A DNA stretch of 64,000 nucleotides from Gammaproteobacteria bacterium (GCA_030430155.1 JAUIFV010000003.1:7166-71165); one strand, 5' to 3'; positions 1 through 11,800 are shown, counted from the stretch's first letter. The notes: a model not told the origin generated them from the sequence alone. A program made the numbers and translations.

Positions 1-258
1 CTGATCCTTGGTGGTCACCAGGATCACCGGAATGTGGCTGGTGGACTTGTCGCGGGAAATGGTGCGGGTGGCCTGGAAACCATTGAGGTTGGGCATCACC
101 ACGTCCATCAGGATCAGGTCGGGCAGATGCTGACGGGCCATTTCCACGCCCTGCTGGCCGTCCTCGGCGGTCACCGCCTCGTGCCCCATGCTCTCCACAA
201 TGCGACGCAAAACGAGCAGTTGGGAGGGGGAGTCATCAACGATCAGAACTCGGGCCAT
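1..258 (-). CDS. CheY-like response regulator receiver domain protein (partial; starts at 258, C-terminal part lies beyond window start)
   Basis: Reverse-strand translation from ATG at 258-256 gives MARVLIVDDSPSQLLVLRRIVESMGHEAVTAEDGQQGVEMARQHLPDLILMDVVMPNLNGFQATRTISRDKSTSHIPVILVTTKDQ. This has the receiver signature: DD pair, phospho-acceptor Asp in LMDVVMP, conserved T and K. It is absent from the ORF track because it is truncated. Confidence 0.85.
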   Translation of the reverse strand, partial: MARVLIVDDSPSQLLVLRRIVESMGHEAVTAEDGQQGVEMARQHLPDLILMDVVMPNLNGFQATRTISRDKSTSHIPVILVTTKDQ

Positions 259-392
259 GGCTTCCTCGTCATCTTTAGGCTTATCTGGCTTGTACTTACC
301 GATTCTACGCGCTCGCGAGCTATCGTCCCAGCCTGTCTACCGGGCTAGGGGCTGAGAATCGATCCAACCCGGTAAATTTGCGCAGCGTTTGC

Positions 393-1394
393 TCACTCTC
401 CGCCGATTTTGACCAGGGTTCTACCAAAACTCTGTCCGGCCAGGATCTTGTCGAAGGTCGCGCCCAGCTGATCCAGTTCGACCTCGTCGGTCATGATCTC
501 GGACAGATGTTGGGGCTTCCAATCAGAACTCAAATGCTGCCACAACTCGGCGCGTATCGGGTAAGGGGTGGCGGCTGAATTGATGCCCAGCAGCGACACC
601 CCGCGGATGATGAAAGGCATCACCGTGGTGTGCAGCTCGGTGCCGCCAGCCAAACCGCAGCTGGCGATCGACCCCCACGGCTTGATCACCCGGGTCAGGC
701 CGCCGAGCATGTCGCCGCCGACGTTATCGATGGCACCAGCCCAGCTGGTGCTCTCCAGGGGCCGCTGACCCCAGTACAGGCCCTCACGGGAAACGCACTG
801 TTTGGCGCCGATGCTCTTTAAGAAATCGAAGTGCTGCGGCTTGCCGGTGATGGCGTGCATCTCGAAGCCATAGCGGGAGAAGATGTCCAGCGCCAGCATG
901 CCCACGCCGCCGGTGGCGCCGGTCACCACCAGCGGCCCGGATTCCGGGCGTTGGCCGTTGGCCAGCATCCGCCACAGACTCAATGCCGCGGTGAAACCCG
1001 CGGTACCAATGCCCATCGCCTCACGCAGGGTCAGACCCTTGGGCAGCGGCACCGTCCAGTCGGCCTGGAGGCGGGCGTACTCGCTGTAGCCGCCGTCGCG
1101 CGTTTCCGACAAACCGCTGCCGGTGGCCAGCACCGCGTCGCCTTCGGAAAAGCGCTTGTCGCGACTGGCGACCACGTGGCCGGCGACGTCGATGCCGCCA
1201 TTCATTGGAAAACTGCGGCAGATCCGTCCCTGCCCGCTGCCGGCCAGGGCGTCCTTGTAGTTGACCGACGAATAGGCCACGCGGATGTCCACCTCGCCGT
1301 TGCTGAGATCATCCCAGCCCATCGGCTCCAGCGTGGCGCGATAGCCCTTGTCGTCGTTGCGTATACGCAAGCCTTTGAAGCTGCTTTCAGTCAT
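393..1394 (-). CDS. yhdH: YhdH/AcuI-type NADPH-dependent acrylyl-CoA reductase (MDR-family oxidoreductase)
   Basis: 333-aa ORF colinear with the YhdH family. Motifs: VNYKDALA, GIDVAG, GTAGFTAALS, VVTGATGGVG nucleotide-binding motif, WAGAIDNVGG, SCGLAGG..TTVMPFI, GRTLVKI at the C-terminus. Confidence 0.85.
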   Translation of the reverse strand: MTESSFKGLRIRNDDKGYRATLEPMGWDDLSNGEVDIRVAYSSVNYKDALAGSGQGRICRSFPMNGGIDVAGHVVASRDKRFSEGDAVLATGSGLSETRDGGYSEYARLQADWTVPLPKGLTLREAMGIGTAGFTAALSLWRMLANGQRPESGPLVVTGATGGVGMLALDIFSRYGFEMHAITGKPQHFDFLKSIGAKQCVSREGLYWGQRPLESTSWAGAIDNVGGDMLGGLTRVIKPWGSIASCGLAGGTELHTTVMPFIIRGVSLLGINSAATPYPIRAELWQHLSSDWKPQHLSEIMTDEVELDQLGATFDKILAGQSFGRTLVKIGGE

Positions 1395-1444
1395 CGATCA
1401 GTGCGGTCCTGGTCTGGCGATGAATACTCAACCGGTGTGCCGGC

Positions 1445-3071
<1,627 letters not shown>

Positions 3072-3072
3072 T

Positions 3073-3104
3073 AAACGAAAGAGGCCCCACCGAAGCAGGG
3101 CCTC
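3073..3104 (-). terminator. probable rho-independent terminator of gdhA
   Basis: GAGGCCC-N10-GGGCCTC hairpin (3081-3104). On the minus strand it is followed by TTTCGTTT (3080-3073), 35 nt downstream of the gdhA stop. Confidence 0.6.
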
Positions 3105-3138
3105 CCAACTCACTAAAAACGCAGTTCAGCGCAGAAAA

Positions 3139-4497
3139 CTAAACCACACCCTGAGCAATCATCGCGTCAGCCACCTTGACGAAGCCGCCGATGTTGGCGC
3201 CCTTGACGTAGTCGACGTATTTGTCGCCGTCGTTGGCACCGAACTGCACGCAGCGGTCGTGGATGCCCTGCATGATGTCGCGCAGCAGCTTCTGCAGTTC
3301 CTCTTCCTTCCAGGTGATGCGCGCGGAGTTCTGGCTCATTTCCAGGCCGGAAACGCCGACGCCGCCGGCGTTGGCCGCCTTGCCGGGCGCGAACATGATC
3401 CGTGCGTCCTGGAACAGATGCACCGCTTCCAGCTCGGTGGGCATGTTGGCGCCCTCGGACACCGCGGTGATGCCGTTGCCGAGCATGGTCCGCGCGTCGT
3501 CGGCGTTGATCTCGTTCTGGGTTGCACAAGGCACCGCCAGCTGGCCAGGCACCGACCAGGGTCGAGCGCTGTTGCCGTGGAACTCGGCACCGAACTTGGT
3601 GGCATATTCCTCGATGCGACCGCGACGGTTGTTCTTCAGATCCTTGACGAAGTTCAGCTTCTCCTGGGTGATGCCTTCCTTGTCGTAGATGAAGCCCGAC
3701 GAGTCGCTCATGGTCACCGGCTTGGCGCCGAGCTGGATCAGCTTCTCCACCGCGTGCTGGGCTACGTTGCCGGAGCCGGACACGATGGCGATGCGCCCCT
3801 CGGGTTCCTGGCCGACGTGCTTGAGCATGTCCTGCAGGAAGTACACTGCCCCGTAGCCGGTGGCCTCGGTGCGGATCGGGCTGCCGCCGTACTCCATGCC
3901 CTTGCCGGTGAGCACACCGACGTAGCGATTGGTGATCCGCTTGTACTGGCCGAACATGTAGCCGATCTCGCGACCGCCCACACCGATGTCGCCGGCCGGC
4001 ACGTCGGTGTCTTCGCCCACATGCCGATACAGCTCGGTCATGAAGCTCTGGCAGAAACGCATGATTTCGGCCTGCGATTTGCCCTTCGGATTGAAGTTGG
4101 AGCCGCCCTTGCCGCCGCCCATGGGCAGTCCGGTGAGCGCGTTCTTGAAGGTCTGCTCAAAGGCCAGGAACTTCAAAATGCCCTGGTTCACCGACGGGTG
4201 AAAACGGATGCCGCCTTTGTAGGGGCCGATGGCGTTGTTGTTCTGGATGCGATAGCCGCGGTTGACTCGGACCTGCCCTTCGTCGTCGTACCAGCAGACC
4301 CGGAAGGACACCACCCGATCCGGCTCGGCCATGCGCTCGAGGATCTGGTGCTCGTGGTACTTGGGGTGATCCTTGATGTAGTCCAACACGCTGGCGGCCA
4401 CTTCCTTCACCGCCTGGATGAACTCCGGCTGGCCCGGATTGCGCTTGTCTACGCCGTCAACGAATTCGTCTAAGGTTGGAACATGGTCTCGACTCAT
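3139..4497 (-). CDS. gdhA: NADP-specific glutamate dehydrogenase
   Basis: 452-aa ORF with KGGIRFHPSV and GLPMGGGKGGSNFNPKGKS (catalytic Lys region) and a dinucleotide fold SGSGNVAQHA. Colinear with the hexameric GdhA family. Confidence 0.95.
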   Translation of the reverse strand: MSRDHVPTLDEFVDGVDKRNPGQPEFIQAVKEVAASVLDYIKDHPKYHEHQILERMAEPDRVVSFRVCWYDDEGQVRVNRGYRIQNNNAIGPYKGGIRFHPSVNQGILKFLAFEQTFKNALTGLPMGGGKGGSNFNPKGKSQAEIMRFCQSFMTELYRHVGEDTDVPAGDIGVGGREIGYMFGQYKRITNRYVGVLTGKGMEYGGSPIRTEATGYGAVYFLQDMLKHVGQEPEGRIAIVSGSGNVAQHAVEKLIQLGAKPVTMSDSSGFIYDKEGITQEKLNFVKDLKNNRRGRIEEYATKFGAEFHGNSARPWSVPGQLAVPCATQNEINADDARTMLGNGITAVSEGANMPTELEAVHLFQDARIMFAPGKAANAGGVGVSGLEMSQNSARITWKEEELQKLLRDIMQGIHDRCVQFGANDGDKYVDYVKGANIGGFVKVADAMIAQGVV

Positions 4498-4780
4498 TTC
4501 CGTACTCCCCCGCGGTGAAAGCTGCTAGTTGTAGGCATTGCACATTGCCAGCCTGGCCGCCACGGCGAGTGCGGGGGCGCTGCGACCACCCTTCCGCACA
4601 TCGGCACACGGCACGATCACTCCCCAGGCCGTTGCAAAAGCCAGTCGATCATACCCCGTTCACATTCGTCAGGCGCACGGCAAAGTCGGTCGCGGTGCGC
4701 TAAAGCGCATTCATATGACTTGAGGATCTCGACACCGGCCCAGTGTAGGGCGACACGCGCGAATCAAGCGCAGAATCTGC

Positions 4781-5974
4781 TCAGCTGCGGGCGGTTGGCG
4801 CCTTGCCCTTGCCGGCAAATCCGGAACGCCCCCAGCGCAGACACGGCGCCTCGATCAACCGCCAGGACAGCCAGGCCGCGACCAGGGTCAGCGCGCCGCC
4901 GATCAACAGCAGCATCGGCAAGGTGTAGGGCGTCGGCAGCGCCAGCCACGCCTGTTTGCCCAGCCATTGGATGATCAGCTGATGCCACAAATAGATGCTG
5001 TAGCTGATCGTGCCGAGGAAAACCATCGGCCGCCAGCGCAGCAGACGCAGATCGGGATGCTGATCGGAGCAGGCGCCGATAATGAAAGCGGTCACGCCGA
5101 TGGACACCACCAGGTGGAAGCAGAACAGCAGCGGATGACCTTCCCAGTAGGTCATCACGTTCCAATGCAGCAGCGCCATCATCAGGATCACGATGGCCAC
5201 GCCGATGATAGTCAGTGAGCGCGCCCGCCCGGCATCCAGGCTGCGCCCGTAGTCCGGCCGATGAGCTACCCAAACTGCCGCCAGCGACCCGAGCACGAAC
5301 TGGTCGATGCGCCCCGGCAGCTGCTCCAACAGCAGCACCTTCTCGCCCACGCTCGCGCCTCGGGCCTCGGCCTGCAGGAACATCCCATAGCGATAGGCGA
5401 CGGTAATGATGATCGCCCCTAGCAACAGCCACAGGCCGCGCTTAGGGGTCAGCAGCGGGGCCAGAAAGGGCAGCAGCAGGTAGTAGCCGACCTCGATCGG
5501 CAGCGTCCACCACACCCCAACCAGCGGCGGCACCGGCTGCGATCCCAGGTTCAGCCACAGCACCATGTGCGCGGCGATCGCCGATGGCGCAATCGCCAGC
5601 CGATCCTCCATCCACCAGACAAAGGCCAGCACCAGCGCCAGCTGCACATAGTAGGCCGGCATGATGCGCAGCACCCGGCGCTGGAAGTAGTCACGCAGGC
5701 GCGGCTTTGTTCGCCCTTCCCGGGACGCACTGACAAAGGGCAAAGCGAGCAGAAAAGCGCTCAGCGAGAAGAAGATGTCGACCCCGATCCAGCCCATCGA
5801 GAAGGCCGAAGTGATGTCCAGATCGGTAAAGCCCAGCGGCACCAGCATCAGCCGCGGCCCCGCCTCCACCCAGGCGTGATAGACCAGCACCCACAGCGCG
5901 GCGAAGCCACGCAGGGCGGTCAGACTGGGGTATTCGCGCAGGCTGCCGCTCATGCATACCGTCCGTGGAATCAA
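4781..5974 (-). CDS. membrane acyltransferase, acyltransferase-3 (OafA/NolL-like) family
   Basis: 397-aa polytopic hydrophobic ORF. The N-terminal motif SLTALRGFAALWVLVYHAW is typical of acyltransferase_3. The alternative start at 5953 (MSGSL) is equally possible. Confidence 0.75.
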   Translation of the reverse strand: MIPRTVCMSGSLREYPSLTALRGFAALWVLVYHAWVEAGPRLMLVPLGFTDLDITSAFSMGWIGVDIFFSLSAFLLALPFVSASREGRTKPRLRDYFQRRVLRIMPAYYVQLALVLAFVWWMEDRLAIAPSAIAAHMVLWLNLGSQPVPPLVGVWWTLPIEVGYYLLLPFLAPLLTPKRGLWLLLGAIIITVAYRYGMFLQAEARGASVGEKVLLLEQLPGRIDQFVLGSLAAVWVAHRPDYGRSLDAGRARSLTIIGVAIVILMMALLHWNVMTYWEGHPLLFCFHLVVSIGVTAFIIGACSDQHPDLRLLRWRPMVFLGTISYSIYLWHQLIIQWLGKQAWLALPTPYTLPMLLLIGGALTLVAAWLSWRLIEAPCLRWGRSGFAGKGKAPTARS

Positions 5975-6035
5975 ACAGCCGCGGAGTTTGGCAGAGTGGC
6001 CCGGTCAGGGCCACGCCCGGGGGAGAACCCTGCGA

Positions 6036-6278
6036 TCAGTTGCGCCGATCAAAGGCGATCCCGCGCTCCACCTCGTCGATGGCCTCACGCACATGCGCCA
6101 GCGCCTTGACCCGATGCCCGCCCTTGTCGTGAGTCGCCCGCTCCAAGTTCTTCTCCGCCGACTTCAGCTTGGCCAGGGCCTTGTGCATCGCCGGCTGGTC
6201 GGCGTAGATCTGTCCAGCGTAAAAGCCCCCGCCCAGGGCCGCGGCGAACAGCATGGTGCCCAGTAGTTTCGCTTTCAT
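6036..6278 (-). CDS. small secreted helical protein, unknown function
   Basis: ORF 6036..6329 trimmed to the ATG at 6278, which is preceded by GGAGAC. It starts MKAKLLGTMLFAAALGGGFYAG (signal peptide); 80 aa. Confidence 0.55.
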   Translation of the reverse strand: MKAKLLGTMLFAAALGGGFYAGQIYADQPAMHKALAKLKSAEKNLERATHDKGGHRVKALAHVREAIDEVERGIAFDRRN

Positions 6279-6417
6279 GTTGGTCTCCGATGGTGATGGG
6301 CGAATGCCCGGTCCATGGATGATACGCATGGCGGGTGGATCGGTTGACTTGGGTGTGCCGGCCTGGGCATTGGCGAGGCTACGTTCAGGTTTCTCCGATC
6401 AGATGAAGCAAGCTCGC

Positions 6418-7049
6418 GTCTCCGCATGGAAGGATGACCCGAAGCGAGTAGCCTGGTTTCGCGCCAAACTCGGCTCGCTGAGCCACTTCATGCAGGCCCT
6501 GAACCAGTTCATCGCCAAGGCAGCCAATGCCGAGGACGGTTGCACCGGCAAGTTCTGGGAGGGGCGATTCAAGTGCCAGCGTCTGGAGGATGAGTCGGCG
6601 GTGCTGTCGGTGATGACCTATGTTGATCTGAACCCGATTCGGGCCAAACTGGCAGAGGATCTGCCCGGTTCCGATCACACTTCGGTGAAGCGGCGTATTG
6701 AGCGCATCGCCCACCGCCCACGCAAGCCCAAGTCGCGCCTCGGACGTGTGGTCGGCACCTGCCAGACGCCGTTGCTGGAAATCAGCGAATTGGCCTATGT
6801 GGAATTGGTCGATTGGACAGGCCGGCTTTTGCATCCAAAAAAGCGCGGCAAGATCGCTGCGGATAGGCCCCCGTGTTGAAGCAACTGGAACTCAGCGAAC
6901 GCCGATGGACCGGTCAGGCCCGAGGCACCGAGAGCATCTACTGGCGCGCCGTCGGCAGCCTTGATTCGCTGTGTGAGCGCGCCGAGGCGCTCGGGCAACA
7001 TTGGCTGCGGGGGATGCGCTCGGTGCGAGCGCTGGAGCCGCCCAAGTAA
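6418..7049 (+). pseudogene. 5'-truncated and frameshifted Y1 (IS200/IS605-superfamily, RAYT-like) transposase remnant, copy 1
   Basis: WKDDPKRVAWFRAKLGSLSHFMQALNQFIAKAANAEDGCTGKFWEGRFKCQRLEDESAVLSVMTYVDLNPIRAKLA matches the C-terminal two thirds of the FWEGRFK..YVDLNPIRA transposase family. The N-terminal HUH-motif region is missing. The reading frame switches near 6865-6876 (frame 1 stops at 6877-6879; homology continues in frame 3 to TAA at 7047-7049). Confidence 0.75.
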
Positions 7050-7072
7050 AAAGGGCTACGTCTGGGACGATT

Positions 7073-7093
7073 GCTCAGCAAGGAATGCTGAGC
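7073..7093 (+). repeat. perfect 8-bp-stem hairpin downstream of transposase remnant copy 1
   Basis: gctcagca-aggaa-tgctgagc read directly. It is conserved with copy 2 (7985-8005). IS200/IS605-type elements carry subterminal hairpins. Confidence 0.6.
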
Positions 7094-7276
7094 GGGCGGT
7101 CGTGGTTTGACGGCCGCAATTCGGCTGTCGTTCTGCGCAAGACCGGCCAACTGTGCCGATGTGCTAAGAATCACGCGCTTTCATGCCAGTCATCCACATT
7201 CTCGATCGCGTGTCGCCGCGCCGTCGATGCGGTTCAGTCGGGGCGGTTCAATGCGGCTCAAGCGATTTGTGTGTGT

Positions 7277-7323
7277 CCTATGTTGTTTTCCTATGTTGTT
7301 TGTGGTGTGTGTCCTATGTTGTT
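7277..7323 (+). repeat. three copies of CCTATGTTGTT in an AT-rich junction between the two transposase remnants
   Basis: cctatgttgtt at 7277-7287, 7290-7300 and 7313-7323. Two of the copies are embedded in gtgtgtcctatgttgtt. Confidence 0.6.
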
Positions 7324-7333
7324 GTTTGGGTTT

Positions 7334-7962
7334 CGGCCTGGAAAGACGATCCTGATCGAATCGCCTGGTTTCGGGCTAAGCTCGGCAATCTGAGCTACTT
7401 CATGCGGGCGTTGAACCAGTTCATTGCCAAGGCCGCCAACGCCGAGGACAACTGCACCGGCAAGTTCTGGGAGGGGCGATTCAAGTGTCAGCGGCTGGAG
7501 GACGAGTCGGCGGTGCTGTCGGTGATGACCTATGTCGATCTGAATCCGATTCGTGCCAAACTGGCCGCGGATCTGCCCAGTTCCGATCACACCTCGGTTA
7601 AACGGCGGATTGAGCGCATCGCTGGCAGTCCACGCGAGGCCAAGTCGCGCCTTGGGCCGGTGGTCGGTACCAGCCAGACGCCGCTGCTGGAAATCAGCGA
7701 GTTGGCCTACGTGGAACTGGTCGACTGGACCGGGCGGCTGCTGCACCCGCAAAAGCGCGGCAAGATCGCTGCCGGTGCGCCGCCCATCTTGCGGCAGATG
7801 GGGATTAGCGAACGGCGTTGGCGTGGGCAGGTGCGCGGTACCGAAACCATCTATTGGCACGCAGTCGGCAGTTTCGACGCGCTCTGCGAGCGAGCGGACG
7901 CGTTGGGACAGCAGTGGCTGCGGGGGATGCGCTCGGTGCGGGCGTTGGAGCCGCCAAGGTAG
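7334..7962 (+). pseudogene. 5'-truncated Y1 (IS200/RAYT-like) transposase remnant, copy 2 (frame intact to the stop)
   Basis: Paralogous to copy 1 from the same truncation point (WKDDPDRIAWFRAKLGNLSYFMRALNQFIAKAANAEDNCTGKFWEGRFKCQRLEDESAVLSVMTYVDLNPIRAKLA...WLRGMRSVRALEPPR). The upstream part of ORF 7183..7962 shows no homology and is AT-rich junk. Confidence 0.75.
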
Positions 7963-7984
7963 TAGAGCGAAGAGTCGGACGATT

Positions 7985-8005
7985 GCTCAGCAAGGAGTGC
8001 TGAGC
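7985..8005 (+). repeat. hairpin downstream of transposase remnant copy 2
   Basis: gctcagca-aggag-tgctgagc. The flanking sequence gacgattgctcagc...gagcgggcggtcgtggtttgac is shared with copy 1. Confidence 0.6.
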
Positions 8006-8100
8006 GGGCGGTCGTGGTTTGACCGCCAAAACTCGCGTTTCGTTCGGCGAAGGAACCGTCAATCATGTCGTCAGACAGCCAACTTCGAGCTTCCCGGAGT

Positions 8101-8349
8101 TCATTGTTGATCTGAAGTTGCGGATCGCCGCTTCGACAATTTGCTAACAATGGTTTCCGTGTGTCCCGTGTTTTGCCGAAGCTTTCCTCCAATTGCCTTC
8201 TCTGCATCAAGCACTTCATCAAGACCAGCTCGCGGGTCGCTCTCGATTAGCGTCCATTGAGGATTTACGCCCTCAGTTCTCTTGTACAGATGCAAGAAAC
8301 TTATCCAGCGCTGCTGGTGATTATCCATTATTCTGAGAGTCGTGACCAA
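8101..8349 (-). CDS. hypothetical small ORF downstream of the immunity gene (possibly an orphan or degraded cassette fragment)
   Basis: 82-aa ORF in the low-GC tract, overlapping the 3' end of the immunity ORF by 22 nt. I see no recognisable motifs. Confidence 0.25.
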   Translation of the reverse strand: MVTTLRIMDNHQQRWISFLHLYKRTEGVNPQWTLIESDPRAGLDEVLDAEKAIGGKLRQNTGHTETIVSKLSKRRSATSDQQ

Positions 8350-8888
8350 TCCAACAGATCAATCTCACCGCTTTGGGTCATACGAATAAACTCATCTTCA
8401 TCCGTATCAAAAACCGAGATCTCTTCGTTGCTCACGATAAGCAGCTCAAGGATGACAATCAATGGGTTTGAAGAGATAAGCTGCAGAGATTCGGGAAGCC
8501 AAACCCCAACACAGCATAGGGCCCAGACACTACCCTTATCCTTTGACGTCGGATTTTGAACTGCGAAACGACTCCCGTGACATAGCTCGCCACAGTTGAG
8601 CGCCTCGCTCTGAACCTGCTCAACGATGGATAGAGCCTCTGTTTCGTGCTTCAAAAGAACTGTCATCGACAGTTCGCACGACAGGAAACTACGTTTTCCG
8701 TAGCCCAGAATGAATCCTGAAAACCCGTTTGAGACGATGCAAACTCCGCCCTCCACGAGATCGATCAGTTTCATAAACTCGGAATATTCCGTTTTGCGGT
8801 TAAGACTTCTGAACGCATTGCCAGCGAAGAATTTCTTGGCCGCTCGGCCAGCCTTGCTTCCATACAGCAGTCTACTCAATACATTCAT
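8328..8888 (-). CDS. putative cognate immunity protein for the Rhs C-terminal HNH toxin
   Basis: 186-aa ORF starting 3 nt after the Rhs stop on the same strand. It shares the low-GC composition of the toxin tip. The call is positional only; no family is recognised. Confidence 0.6.
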   Translation of the reverse strand: MNVLSRLLYGSKAGRAAKKFFAGNAFRSLNRKTEYSEFMKLIDLVEGGVCIVSNGFSGFILGYGKRSFLSCELSMTVLLKHETEALSIVEQVQSEALNCGELCHGSRFAVQNPTSKDKGSVWALCCVGVWLPESLQLISSNPLIVILELLIVSNEEISVFDTDEDEFIRMTQSGEIDLLDWSRLSE

Positions 8889-8891
8889 GGC

Positions 8892-11800
8892 TCAGTTCTT
8901 AAAAACATCCCACCAACGTTTTTTCTTCTTGTGAATCGCTATATGACAAGATTGACAAAGCCCTTCAAGATTCGGCAAAAAGTTGAAAAACTTCTTCTTC
9001 CAAGACTTCTTTCTGGCATCCGATATACACAACTTATTTATGAAATCCCGTCCTTTGGCCCAGTGTATGAACTTGTGATGAATCGGCCATCCTTTGGTTA
9101 ACTTGTTGCCGCATACATTACAGTTTCCACCCTGCCTCTTAGTGATCGTCGGCCGAACGGAGCTCTGCCAATCTGGACGACGTTCGCTCGCCAACCCATA
9201 GTTGTCAAAAGCAAGAGTTGGCGAATTCCACCCATACCTGTATGAGTCTGAGTCTTCTTGGAATTCGGGGGATTCCGCCAGCGGATCACTCTGCAAATAC
9301 CGCCCACTCCCCGCCTCATAATCCCGGAAGTAGTTGTAGTGACTCCCCGTCTCCCGGTCGTACTGCTGTCCCGGGAACCGCAGGTTGTGGGTATAGCTCG
9401 GTAATCCTCCGCTCGGCTGCTCGTCGGCTACTGTATCGCCGAAGGGGCCGGCGTCCCAGCGCCAGATTTCCTGGTTCTGGGCGTTGACCACCACCCGGGG
9501 CGTGTCCAGGTGGTCGGGGTGGAGGTAGTAGACATCGACGCCACCGGCTTGGGTGCCGCTCCAAACGGTTGCCGTGCCGCCGCCAGTGGGTCCGCCATTG
9601 GTTGACCCCGTCCGCCGCTGCAGCACTGCAATCGGCGTGTCATCCAGCCACACATACTCCACCGCCGGCGCGGTGATGCCGCCGACCGGGTACTCCCCAA
9701 TCAGGTGGCCGTTCTCGTCATAGACGTACTCGATGCGATCGGTGCTGCTGGCGCAGGCCTGGCTGCTGTCAATCGCCTTGCACACCCGCTCCCCAAAGCC
9801 GTTGTGGGCGTAGGTGGTGCTCAACCCGGCGTTGGAGGTCTGGATCAGCCGGTTGCGCGGGCTGTAGGTGCTGGTGATGCCGTTGCCGTCGTTTAAGGTG
9901 TTGCCGACTTCGTCGTACTGACGGGCATTGGCGCCGACCTGCAGCAGGCGGTTGCTGTTGGGGTCGATGCTGTAGCTGAGCGGGGTGCCGGCGTTGGTCT
10001 GGCTGGTGCGGTTGCCGGTGGGGTCGTAGTCCCAGGCCAGGCTCGTTGCGGCGACCGGGCCTTGGGTTGCGGGGTTGTCGGCGCTGGTCAGGCGGTCCAG
10101 ATCGTCGTAGCCGAAGCTCCAGTCGTGGCGGTCGCCGGCATTGTCGGCGATGGCGGTGATGCGGCTGGCCGGATCGAAGGCGATGCTGCGGCTGGCGCTG
10201 CCGGCGCTGTGTTCGCGTATTCGTCCGTCCTGATCGAATGCCCGTTGGTATTGTCCGGTTGTGGCGTAGTCCCAGCGGCGCACCTCGCCGAAGGCGTAGT
10301 AGTCGATCTCGCTGACGATCTCCACGCCGTTGACCGTGATACTGAGCACCCGGCCGTCGGCGCGGTAGCTGTAGCGGCACACCGCGCCGCTGGGGAGCAC
10401 GTGGCCTTCGACTCGCCCGTTGGGCAGATAGCTGGTCTGCAGGGTGCGGGCGGTGCCATTGCCGACGGTCTGGGTCTTGGCGGTGATGCGGCCGTGGCGG
10501 TCGTAGGTTAAGGTGGTGTTGCCGGAGCCGTCAGCTATCGCGGTCAAACGCCCCTTGCCGGCGTTGCCGTTGCTGCTGTCGTCGTAGCTGAACGACAGGG
10601 TTTCGGCCGGCTGGCCGTTGTGGGCCGGGTAGTCGATCTGGGTCAGGCGGTTTTCGGCGTCGTATTGATAAGTGGCTTCGACTCCTCTGGCGTCGGTTCG
10701 GCTGAGCAGATTGCCGGCCGGGTCGTAGTCGTAGTCGGTGATGCCGGTGTCCGGGCTGGTCAGCCGGGTGAGTTCGTCGAAGCCGTTGTAGGCGTAGCTG
10801 GTGGTGACCTCGCGTGGGTCGCTGACTTGCGTCAGGTTGTCCTGGGCGTCATAGGCGAACTCGATCTCGCCCAGCAGCGGATTGATGGTTTGATCCAGGC
10901 GGTTGAGCGGGTCATAGCGGTGCTGGGTGAGCAGTTGGTTCGGATCGCGGACGCTGGTCTGGTTGTTGTTGGGGTCGTAGCCGTATTCGGTGAGCTGGTC
11001 TTCGGCGCCGTAGTGTTCCTTGAGCCGGCCAATGCCGTCATAGACCCGGCGCATCGTCTGCAGCAGATCGCCATTGCGGTCAAAGCGCTCCTCGACCGTG
11101 CGATTGCCCTGGCCGTCGAGCTGGTAGACCAGTCGGTGGCCCAGGTTGTCGCGCACTTCGCGAATGCGCTCGGCGTCGTCGAAGACGTATTCGATGTAGC
11201 TGGCATCGGGCAGGGTGATGCGGGTGAGATTGCCGGCGTCGTCATAGCCGAAGGCGGTGATCTCGTCGTCCTCATTGATCTCGAGCAGGCGCTGGCGGTC
11301 GTCATAGCGGTAGGTGGTGACCAGCCCGTTGGGATCGACCATCCGGCGCAGCTGGCCGTCGGCGTCGTAGTCGGTGTAGTCCCACTGGTTGCCGACCGCG
11401 TCGGTACGCGTGGCCAGGGTGCCGTCGGGGTGGTAGGTGTAGGCCATGGTGTCGGCCACGTCGGTGCGCGGTCCGTCGGCGCCGGTGCGTTGGCCGTTGG
11501 CGTTGTAGGTGAAGGTCCACTGGCGCACTTCGCCGGGCGTGGTGACGGTCTTGTCGGTGAGGTTGCCTTCAGGGTCGTAGACAAGTTCCGTGATCCGGGT
11601 GCCGCCGGTGATCGGGTCCTCCATCCGAGTCGGCAGGTAGTAGTCCGGGTGCCACTGCTTGCGGGTGATCCGCGACACCGGCGTGCCCACCGCCTCGGTC
11701 ATCGTTTCGATCAGGCCGCGGCTGTTGCGGGTGTAGAGGGTCTGCGCATTGCGGAAATCGGTGCGACTGGCGATCAGGCCGCGGCTGTCGTAGGTGGTCT

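Noticed and set aside
3259-4473. 404-aa plus-strand ORF; likewise 36386..37585 opposite uvrA and 1556..2497 opposite lpdA
   Set aside because: These are antisense to genes with diagnostic motifs (gdhA, uvrA, lpdA) and are classic high-GC shadow ORFs.
4527-4545. Sigma-54 type -24/-12 element upstream of gdhA (minus strand CTGGCAATGTGCAATGC)
   Set aside because: The GG-to-GC spacing is one base too long and the -12 element reads ATGC instead of TTGC. I judged it a chance match.
5996-6014. Hairpin GTGGCCC-GGTCA-GGGCCAC as terminator of the small secreted-protein gene
   Set aside because: The 7-bp stem is good, but no U-tract follows on the minus strand, and it lies only ~20 nt from the acyltransferase start. 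Evidence is insufficient to call a terminator.
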